Shown here: positions 1-5,669 of the stretch, in pieces
How the letters are laid out: every line of letters starts with the position of its first letter
Numbering within the stretch: the stretch's first letter is position 1
Origin: an uncultured Bacteroidales bacterium
Lineage (GTDB): Bacteria; Bacteroidota; Bacteroidia; Bacteroidales; UBA1715
Assembly (NCBI GenBank): GCA_964558075.1
Contig: CAZLCY010000001.1
Coordinates: 1-48,158, forward strand
Direction: 5' to 3'
Length of the DNA: 48,158 nucleotides
Notes under the pieces: generated by a model
What the model was told of the DNA's origin: nothing
Seen by the model: the letters and a program-made list of their open reading frames with translations, nothing else
Database searches by the model: none
Program-made: the position numbers and the translations under genes

Positions 1-12
1 GGGCCGGGATAG

Positions 13-300
13 TTACATTTGCATTGCCTGGATTTGCTCATCCTGACACTTGTTGCACTGTGTAGTTATAGCAGGGAGCCGTCCCCTGCTCATTATCACG
101 GAAGCTTCGCTTCCGCTACGGATATAGAGGCATCCGCACTCTATGTCCTGCAGGAAATCTACGAGCAGGGCATCTGTGCCGTGCCCGTTGAGGCGAATTT
201 CTGTTCTGCGGGTGTATTTACGACCCGCTATTTCTACTACGCACGGCGCATTATGCGCCTGTGCACGTAGGTGAGCGATGATTCTTGTTATTGTTTTCAT
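13..300 (-). CDS. hypothetical protein (95 aa) in the GC-richer small-gene operon
   Basis: From the ORF track. Its ATG overlaps the stop of the upstream 57-aa ORF (ATGA at 297-300), which suggests translational coupling. No motif recognised. Confidence 0.5.
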   Translation of the reverse strand: MKTITRIIAHLRAQAHNAPCVVEIAGRKYTRRTEIRLNGHGTDALLVDFLQDIECGCLYIRSGSEASVIMSRGRLPAITTQCNKCQDEQIQAMQM

Positions 301-470
301 GTGTTACCTCCTCTTGTTTCTTGCAGGGTTATTTTAACCCCGCACTTGTTCTGCATGCAGAGGATCTCCTTCAAGGACAATCCTTTGACAATGCAGGTCT
401 TTGTTTCCACTTGATAGAGTGGACGTTGAACGCCTGCTTCTATCAAGTGAAGATGAGTTGATTTTTTCAT
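297..470 (-). CDS. hypothetical small protein (57 aa)
   Basis: Hand-translated ORF below the track cutoff (MKKSTHLHLIEAGVQRPLYQ...). The ATG at 468-470 sits 18 nt after the ParB-like stop and is preceded by GGAAGGAG. Its stop overlaps the next ATG. Confidence 0.45.
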   Translation of the reverse strand: MKKSTHLHLIEAGVQRPLYQVETKTCIVKGLSLKEILCMQNKCGVKITLQETRGGNT

Positions 471-488
471 GATAATATCTCCTTCCCA

Positions 489-872
489 CTATCCTATATC
501 TATTCCGTATTTTTCTCTAATACATTCTGGTAAATAAGCAACTATTGCTTCCACCCCGCTAAGGGGATAAGCATGGTAATTGTCTTCTTGCTGTCTGTTA
601 TATCCACTTTCTTCTTTACTATCCTCATAGTCTATTCCGGCTTCTTCGAAAATGCCGGCAAGTGTGATTACCGGTATTTCCTTTCCTAATTCAACAGCCA
701 CTGCCCATCTATGAGCTCCGCTCATGAGATGAATGTTATCGAATAAAACTAATGGTGGACAATTTCTCCAGCCATTATTTTTAATTTCTTCTTTTAGGGA
801 TTGTAATTTATTTTTATCCCTAATCTCGTGTACTGGATAAAAATTCAATGGATTTTCATACTTTATTTCCAT
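489..872 (-). CDS. ParB-like N-terminal (ParBc/Srx fold) domain protein
   Basis: PPLVLFDNIHLMSGAHRWAVAVELGKEIPVITL matches the ParB-like nuclease domain signature (..G.HR..A...lG...iPv). At 127 aa it has no HTH or dimerisation part. RBS GGAGGAAGAGGAA lies upstream. Confidence 0.65.
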   Translation of the reverse strand: MEIKYENPLNFYPVHEIRDKNKLQSLKEEIKNNGWRNCPPLVLFDNIHLMSGAHRWAVAVELGKEIPVITLAGIFEEAGIDYEDSKEESGYNRQQEDNYHAYPLSGVEAIVAYLPECIREKYGIDIG

Positions 873-925
873 TTCCTCTTCCTCCGTTTTTTTTTGATTT
901 GGCCGTTTTCTTCCGACCTGCTCAT

Positions 926-934
926 ATTATAGCA
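926..934 (-). promoter_or_regulatory. extended -10 promoter (TGCTATAAT) for the ParB-like operon
   Basis: The minus strand reads ctgTGcTATAATatgag about 50 nt upstream of the ATG at 872. No good -35 box is present, but the TGn extension is. Confidence 0.4.
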
Positions 935-961
935 CAGTTTTTTCGCTCTATATTTCCAAAA

Positions 962-1073
962 TGTTACAATTTTGTTAATAATTTGTTAACATTTTATCGC
1001 ATGTGCTAACAAATGACCGCATTTGCTAACAAAACGTTCGCAGATGCTAACAGTTTCTTCGCATATACTAACA
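962..1073. repeat. iteron-like array: 3x TGTTA(C/A)N (11-bp period) facing 4x CGCAnnTGCTAACA (20-21-bp period)
   Basis: Plus-strand copies of tgttaca, tgttaat and tgttaac start at 962, 973 and 984. The 14-mers cgcatgtgctaaca, cgcatttgctaaca, cgcagatgctaaca and cgcatatactaaca lie at 998, 1018, 1039 and 1060. The core TGTTAGC is therefore in the opposite orientation in these four. Confidence 0.8.
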
Positions 1074-1312
1074 GTATTTCGCTGGTTGATGGCAGGTAAA
1101 ATAGTGTAAACGCCGATATTTACTGCATTTCCATCATAAGCATTTTATACTCATGTCGTATATAGCGGAGATGGCATGCTCCTCCTCCCTTTCTCCCTGC
1201 ATACCAAAACACAGTTATTATAAGGGTTCCGGCCCGTTTCAGCTCATTCCAGCCTATACCAGCCTGCATCAATTGCCCATCATTTTTTTATTTTTACCCG
1301 GATGTATTCGCC

Positions 1313-1342
1313 ATAATCATTGATGCGGTTGCCGGCTGTCAA
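1313..1342 (-). promoter_or_regulatory. possible minus-strand promoter (TTGACA-18-GATTAT)
   Basis: tgtcaa at 1337-1342 gives a perfect -35 box on the minus strand. ataatc at 1313-1318 gives GATTAT. This would start a leader running into the iterons. Confidence 0.3.
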
Positions 1343-1368
1343 TTAGTGTACGATGAACACGCATACAT

Positions 1369-1400
1369 GCGCGGGTACAATTCTATTGCGCGCGGGTACA
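1369..1400. repeat. direct repeat GCGCGGGTACA x2 (21-bp period)
   Basis: gcgcgggtaca occurs at 1369-1379 and 1390-1400, each time followed by (a)tTCTATT. It sits in the divergent intergenic region. Confidence 0.8.
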
Positions 1401-1545
1401 TCTATTTTTGTCGAGCCGATTTTTTTTTGACGGGGGTCTTTGGACGGGACGCGGACGTCCTATGGGGGGTGCACCCGCACGTTTGAGAACATGTAAAATT
1501 TTACACATTGAATTTTATTCAACAAAAAATAATCGCAGAAAACCC

Positions 1546-1574
1546 TTGACACACCATCAAAAATGTGATATAAT
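1546..1574 (+). promoter_or_regulatory. consensus promoter of the RNA operon
   Basis: TTGACA (1546-1551), a 17-nt spacer, then TATAAT (1569-1574). The first RNA gene starts 11 nt downstream. Confidence 0.75.
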
Positions 1575-1584
1575 AGATATATAA

Positions 1585-1667
1585 GGGGGCGAGATTGGCA
1601 CTCGACATCGACTAAAGCGTGTTTTAGCGCACTCGATTGGACGCGGGTTCGATTCCCGCCGCCTCCA
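1585..1667 (+). ncRNA. tmRNA-like tRNA-like domain only (mini-tmRNA, no tag ORF or pseudoknots)
   Basis: The acceptor stem is GGGGGCG/CGCCUCC with a G3:U70 pair and A73. The T arm is GCGGG-UUCGAUU-CCCGC. The 5' AGAUUGGCACUCGAC and 3' UUGGAC mirror the tmRNA D-loop analogue and GGAC linker. The interior is only about 31 nt (AUCGA/UCGAU helix plus a CUAAA-GCGUGU-UUUAG hairpin). No canonical anticodon arm can be drawn. Confidence 0.7.
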
Positions 1668-1675
1668 TTTATAAT

Positions 1676-1751
1676 CGCGGGGTAGTAGAGTGGTTTCATA
1701 CACAAGCCTCATAAGCTTGAAACAGGGGTTCAAATCCTCTCCCCGCTACCA
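1676..1751 (+). tRNA. tRNA with CAU anticodon (Met; could be initiator-like or Ile2 if lysidinylated)
   Basis: Cloverleaf drawn by hand. The acceptor is CGCGGGG/CCCCGCU with a C1xU72 mismatch. The anticodon stem is CAAGC/GCUUG with loop CUCAUAA. The T arm is AGGGG-UUCAAAU-CCUCU, followed by A73 and an encoded CCA. Confidence 0.9.
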
Positions 1752-1753
1752 AC

Positions 1754-1830
1754 AGTCCTGTGGTGTAATTTTGGTAACACATCAGCCTTTGAAGCTGAAT
1801 TTATAGGTTCGAGTCCTATCAGGACTGCCA
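1754..1830 (+). tRNA. tRNA-Gln (UUG)
   Basis: The acceptor is AGUCCUG/CAGGACU and the D stem is GUGU/ACAC. The anticodon stem is UCAGC/GCUGA with loop CUUUGAA. The T arm is AUAGG-UUCGAGU-CCUAU, followed by G73 and an encoded CCA. Confidence 0.9.
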
Positions 1831-1841
1831 ATTTTTTAATC

Positions 1842-1917
1842 GGCCCGTTGGCGAAATTTGGCAAACGCAACGAGTTTAAGCCTCGTACAGCTCCCGGTTC
1901 GAATCCGGGACGGGCTA
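1842..1917 (+). tRNA. tRNA-Leu (UAA) with a short (class I-like) variable region
   Basis: The acceptor is GGCCCGU/ACGGGCU. The anticodon stem is ACGAG/CUCGU with loop UUUAAGC (U33, anticodon UAA, G37). The T arm is CCCGG-UUCGAAU-CCGGG, followed by A73; CCA is not encoded. The variable region is only about 6 nt. Confidence 0.75.
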
Positions 1918-1954
1918 TTATAGATTTTCCTTTCAAGGAATAAATCGCATATAA

Positions 1955-1993
1955 AAGACCAATTTCTTTATGAGATCTGGTCTTATTTTTTTT
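1955..1993 (+). terminator. rho-independent terminator of the RNA operon
   Basis: Stem AAGACCA (1955-1961) pairs with TGGTCTT (1978-1984) and is followed by A plus T8 (1985-1993). Confidence 0.7.
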
Positions 1994-2110
1994 GTACCTA
2001 CGGCCCGTGCGATAAAATCGCTTGCCACTGTTATAGGCGTGTCCGTGCGTGCTCGCCCATGCTGTAATTTTAGAGCGAGGGCGAAAAAATGAGAGCGCGC
2101 ACACATGTAT

Positions 2111-2164
2111 ATACATACATACATACATACATAATATATTATTATTATTATTATTATTATTATT
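2111..2164. repeat. adjacent microsatellites (ATAC)5 and (ATT)9
   Basis: atac repeats five times over 2111-2130 (continuing as ata). att repeats nine times over 2138-2164. Both are non-coding and lie between the RNA operon and the plus-strand promoters. Confidence 0.95.
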
Positions 2165-2190
2165 GTCAGGCGTAACTTAAATTGAGATTA

Positions 2191-2219
2191 TTGACATAAA
2201 AAGGGTTTTTTTATAAAAT
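2191..2219 (+). promoter_or_regulatory. candidate promoter (TTGACA-17-TAAAAT)
   Basis: TTGACA at 2191-2196, a 17-nt spacer, then TAAAAT at 2214-2219. It is upstream of, and in tandem with, the stronger promoter at 2371. Confidence 0.5.
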
Positions 2220-2370
2220 GGGGTTTTTAATATGGAATATCGCCCGCGGTTTGGAAAAATTGAAAAATTCTATGAAGTGCTGTAAAAATCTATACATCAG
2301 ATCAGAATATTCTTCAAAGGTATGATGTAACTATTTCTACACGGGGTAACACTTTCTGAAAAAATAATAC

Positions 2371-2399
2371 TTGACAGTTTGTACGAAATATGGTATAAT
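2371..2399 (+). promoter_or_regulatory. consensus extended promoter of the plus-strand modification operon
   Basis: TTGACA (2371-2376), a 17-nt spacer ending in TGG, then TATAAT (2394-2399). The RBS AAAGGAGG follows at 2408-2415. Confidence 0.8.
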
Positions 2400-2423
2400 A
2401 TAAATAGAAAGGAGGTGTTATAA

Positions 2424-2534
2424 ATGATATGTGAGCATTGTGGAGGCGAATTAGAGTTGTGGTTAGTTGATGATTTTGAGGAGCATTATAAATGTGTTAG
2501 CTGTGGAGAAATAACTATAATTGATTTCGAATAA
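2424..2534 (+). CDS. small zinc-ribbon protein (36 aa, CxxC...CxxC)
   Basis: Hand-translated as MICEHCGGELELWLVDDFEEHYKCVSCGEITIIDFE. A strong RBS lies 8 nt upstream. Confidence 0.55.
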   Translation: MICEHCGGELELWLVDDFEEHYKCVSCGEITIIDFE

Positions 2535-2553
2535 AGTTGGAGGTAATAAGCGA

Positions 2554-2808
2554 TTGAAAATCCGTTGGACGGAATTAGAAGATGAAATAACTGAAGGGCG
2601 GTTCGGGCCGTGGGTGTTTGTAATAAATTACGTTGAAGATCAAGATACGTATCAATGTCAGATTGAGCATCGTGGTTGGTATGATTTTAAAACGTTACCA
2701 AACAGAAAATCATTATCTGAACTTAGAAACGATTGTAAGACGTGGTTATTACAACATATTTTAGAATACTATGGTAAAAATGTACAAGAATTATTGAAAG
2801 GGGGATGA
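2554..2808 (+). CDS. hypothetical protein (84 aa)
   Basis: The track ORF is 2521-2808. I prefer the TTG at 2554, which lies 10 nt after GGAGG (2539-2543) and avoids overlapping the previous gene. No motif recognised. Confidence 0.5.
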   Translation: MKIRWTELEDEITEGRFGPWVFVINYVEDQDTYQCQIEHRGWYDFKTLPNRKSLSELRNDCKTWLLQHILEYYGKNVQELLKGG

Positions 2809-2815
2809 TTTATTA

Positions 2816-3391
2816 ATGGCAAAGTGTAAAGGTGATAACGATCTAATTCAAACGCCGTATGAGTTGGCACAGAAGATAGTAAACTATTACAGTCCGAGCG
2901 GAAAGGTATTAGAACCTTGCTGTGGTGATGGAAGCTTCTTAGAGGCGCTAAACGTGTACAAACAGCGTGGAGTTTACGGACATAATCCAATACAAATTTT
3001 TGGTGGTGATATTCGTGGGCCGTTGAAATATGGGGCTAAGATGCATGATTTTCTTGAAGATCCATTAAATCCTGACGATAAAGACACGTTTGATTGGATT
3101 ATAACCAACCCTCCGTGGAGCAAGATTGCGCCGCGTAAGGGCGTAGGATTCCTTGAACAGGCAATGTGGGTAGCTAAAAACGTGGTGTTTTTGGTTAATC
3201 TTAATGCGGTGATAGGGACACGTGCAAGGAACGAGCTTATAAAGAGTTATGAGTACAAAGTTAAAAATATTAAGTATTGGAACAGGCCAAAAGAGTGGCC
3301 GGCAATGGGGTTTCAGCTGGCGACTATTCATTTAAAAGCTGGAAATATTGATGAAGACATGATGACATTTATTGACATGGAGGTGTTTTAA
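2816..3391 (+). CDS. N6-adenine DNA methyltransferase (amino-MTase, NPPW type)
   Basis: LEPCCGDGSFL is a SAM-binding motif I-like element. ITNPPW is the catalytic motif IV, (D/N)PP(Y/W). Confidence 0.85.
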   Translation: MAKCKGDNDLIQTPYELAQKIVNYYSPSGKVLEPCCGDGSFLEALNVYKQRGVYGHNPIQIFGGDIRGPLKYGAKMHDFLEDPLNPDDKDTFDWIITNPPWSKIAPRKGVGFLEQAMWVAKNVVFLVNLNAVIGTRARNELIKSYEYKVKNIKYWNRPKEWPAMGFQLATIHLKAGNIDEDMMTFIDMEVF

Positions 3392-3526
3392 TTGGAACCT
3401 GTAGTAAAGGTTTGTTACATATGTGGGAAGTTTAAGAATCCATCAAAAGCAACTACCTGCAAAAAATGCGACACTGTGTATTGCGAAAAATGCGCATTAG
3501 ACGGCAAGTGTCCAAGATGTATTTAA
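3392..3526 (+). CDS. small double zinc-ribbon protein (44 aa, four CxxC)
   Basis: The TTG start directly follows the MTase stop, after GGAGGTG. The protein reads LEPVVKVCYICGKFKNPSKATTCKKCDTVYCEKCALDGKCPRCI. Confidence 0.45.
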   Translation: MEPVVKVCYICGKFKNPSKATTCKKCDTVYCEKCALDGKCPRCI

Positions 3527-3580
3527 ATAAAAAAGAAAGCTCCAGAACGTTTATTGATATGGATAGTTGGTGGTATTAAT

Positions 3581-4450
3581 ATGAGAGATAATGCAACATT
3601 AAAACAATTACAATCTTTACCTTTAGAACAAAAGATAATATATTCTGAAAGGGTTATTAATGAGTTTTTAAATAAACATGATCCTTATATAAGTTTCTCT
3701 GGTGGAAAAGATTCTACTGTTCTTTTAGATCTTTGTAAAAGGATGGGGTTAAATCTTCCTGCAGTATTCTGTGATACAGGACTTGAGTATCCTGAAGTTC
3801 GTCGTTTTGCTGTCGAACATTCAGATATTATTATTAGACCTGAAATGAATTTTAAACAAATAATTGAGAAATATGGGTGGCCCTGTGTATCAAAAGATGT
3901 TTCACAGAAGATATATGAAATTAGAAGAACAAAAAGTATTGACTTACTATGTACAAGATTATTTGGTAAGCTAAATAAAAATGGATTTCGATCAAGTAAA
4001 CTACCTAACAAATGGCGAAAACTTATATTAGCCCCATTTAATATATCTCATAAGTGTTGTGCTGTTATGAAGAAACGTCCTTTTTATAAATATGAGAAGA
4101 AGACCGGTAAATTTCCTATGACAGGTGAAATGGCGTCTGAATCCAGAATGAGATGTACTGCCTGGAAAAACTATGGGTGTAATGCATTTAATACTAAACG
4201 GCCTAAATCTAAGCCATTATCTATATGGACAGATGAGGATATTTGGGATTATGCTAAAAAATATGATTTAAAATTTGCAAGTGTATATTATCAAGGCTAT
4301 CCTCGAACAGGGTGCGCACTCTGCTTATTTGGAATTATGAAAGATCCAGCTCGTTTTAAACGGCTTAAAGAAACTCATCCAAAAATGTGGGAATATGGTA
4401 AGTCTTTAGGTATTGAAGAAGTTCTGGAAGCAATTAAAGATTGTGGATAA
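3581..4450 (+). CDS. PAPS reductase / DndC-like PP-loop ATP pyrophosphatase family protein
   Basis: ISFSGGKDSTVLLDL is the SGGxDS PP-loop. A C-terminal Cys pair is present (GCALCLFG). I moved the start to the ATG at 3581, after GGTGG; the track ORF begins at 3554. Confidence 0.75.
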   Translation: MRDNATLKQLQSLPLEQKIIYSERVINEFLNKHDPYISFSGGKDSTVLLDLCKRMGLNLPAVFCDTGLEYPEVRRFAVEHSDIIIRPEMNFKQIIEKYGWPCVSKDVSQKIYEIRRTKSIDLLCTRLFGKLNKNGFRSSKLPNKWRKLILAPFNISHKCCAVMKKRPFYKYEKKTGKFPMTGEMASESRMRCTAWKNYGCNAFNTKRPKSKPLSIWTDEDIWDYAKKYDLKFASVYYQGYPRTGCALCLFGIMKDPARFKRLKETHPKMWEYGKSLGIEEVLEAIKDCG

Positions 4451-4483
4451 AAAAAATAGAGGAGTGTAAAGCTCCTCTTTTTA
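4449..4483. terminator. bidirectional terminator between convergent genes
   Basis: Stem AGAGGAG (4458-4464) pairs with CTCCTCT (4472-4478). It is flanked by A8 (4449-4456) and TTTTTATTT (4479 onward). Confidence 0.7.
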
Positions 4484-4484
4484 T

Positions 4485-5099
4485 TTACATCTCTGTATTA
4501 TATTTATCTGTTTCATTCCCCCACGTATCCCAACCATCCGACGATTCCCGTGCGAAGAGTTCTATCCGAGGCAAATCCCCAAACATCTTCACTATGCTTT
4601 CTCTTACGCTATCAGGCTTCCTGCTATGCTGTCTGCGGGGTTCCATCACGGTCTGTAGTATAGTATGGTCTAAGACCGGTAAACTACCACGCATAAGGAG
4701 CGCACATTGTTCACAGCATATTCTTGTATAATGCCCCGGCCCCATCGTGGGATGACTACCATCCTTTACCATCTTAACCCACACGAACGCATCTGATCTA
4801 ACTACGCGCCACATATCTTTTTTGTATCTGTATCTTTGATTAGCTTGTTTAATTATTTCAGCTAAATCCATATGATGCGTTCCAAGCCACCAACAGAAGA
4901 ACGCACAATTATCTGTTGCCAGATTGTATAGTTTATCTGCCATCAGTGGTGCGAGTTTTTCTATTTTCATACATTCATAATGATGACACGCACCAATTCC
5001 TTTTGTAGGCGTTTTTCCATCCTTACGAACCTTTTTCTGATCATTAAACCACCACGGTGGGTCTGCATATATAATATTATATTTCATTTTATTACACAC
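4485..5099 (-). CDS. MT-A70 family N6-adenine DNA methyltransferase
   Basis: YNIIYADPPWWFN is an N-terminal DPPW catalytic motif. Size and layout are typical of phage MT-A70/Dam-like enzymes. Confidence 0.85.
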   Translation of the reverse strand: MCNKMKYNIIYADPPWWFNDQKKVRKDGKTPTKGIGACHHYECMKIEKLAPLMADKLYNLATDNCAFFCWWLGTHHMDLAEIIKQANQRYRYKKDMWRVVRSDAFVWVKMVKDGSHPTMGPGHYTRICCEQCALLMRGSLPVLDHTILQTVMEPRRQHSRKPDSVRESIVKMFGDLPRIELFARESSDGWDTWGNETDKYNTEM

Positions 5100-5470
5100 T
5101 CCGGCTGTATTAATTTTACATTAGGACATATTCTACCTAAATTACATATTTTCCACGCGCACTCATTAAATATAATTTGCGTTCTTTCAAAAAAATCATC
5201 ATAATTTTTGTTGTACATAAAATCAAATCTGACATTAATTATATCTCCATTTATAATCTTATATTTACAATTATCAGGAACATATGCAAATTTTTCTTTA
5301 TTATTTAGCGAATACTTATGAAATGTTTCTTCAATACATTCACGAATATAATCAATAAATTTTTTAGTTATGCGCTCATTAATGCTGTGTACTTCTAATC
5401 GAGTTCTAACACTAACTATTTTATACCCATTCTTTTCATCGTTATTATAAACTAACTTTTTTGTTGACAT
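5084..5470 (-). CDS. hypothetical protein (128 aa)
   Basis: From the ORF track. It overlaps the downstream methylase start by 16 nt. No motif recognised. Confidence 0.55.
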   Translation of the reverse strand: MSTKKLVYNNDEKNGYKIVSVRTRLEVHSINERITKKFIDYIRECIEETFHKYSLNNKEKFAYVPDNCKYKIINGDIINVRFDFMYNKNYDDFFERTQIIFNECAWKICNLGRICPNVKLIQPECVIK

Positions 5471-5499
5471 AATTTTTTATCCTTTCAAGGTTAATTTAA

Positions 5500-5661
5500 T
5501 TATTCAAAATCTATATCTTTACTTACTTCTTGACCACATTCGGGACAATGGATAACTAATTGACGACTCGGATCGTCGAGATAAAAACTAAAGTCATCCA
5601 TTCCACCATAATGTCCACAACTTGCGCATTGTAATTCAATCACTTCTACAATATACTCCAT
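5500..5661 (-). CDS. small zinc-ribbon protein (53 aa)
   Basis: Hand-translated as MEYIVEVIELQCASCGHYGG...IHCPECGQEVSKDIDFE, with a CxxC...CxxC pattern. It lies just after the endolysin stop. Confidence 0.5.
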   Translation of the reverse strand: MEYIVEVIELQCASCGHYGGMDDFSFYLDDPSRQLVIHCPECGQEVSKDIDFE

Positions 5662-5669
5662 TTCGTATT

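Noticed and set aside
1585-1667. Interpreting the tmRNA-like gene as an attP remnant of integration into the host ssrA, or as a class II tRNA.
   Set aside because: Both the 5' and 3' halves are present and base-pair with each other. The gene has its own consensus promoter and sits in a tRNA operon. The genome has no integrase. No 7-nt anticodon loop with U33 can be drawn. I still list these alternatives as ways to refute the finding.
1842-1917. An ochre suppressor tRNA, or stop-codon recoding.
   Set aside because: With the canonical 7-nt loop UUUAAGC the anticodon is UAA (which reads UUA/UUG, Leu), not UUA. Long ORFs, up to 2372 codons, are intact in the standard code.
1460-2128. Track ORFs 1460-1705, 1730-2128 and 1933-2124 on the minus strand.
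   Set aside because: They run antisense through the mini-tmRNA/tRNA operon and the microsatellites. They have no RBS and odd composition, so they are better explained by the RNA genes.
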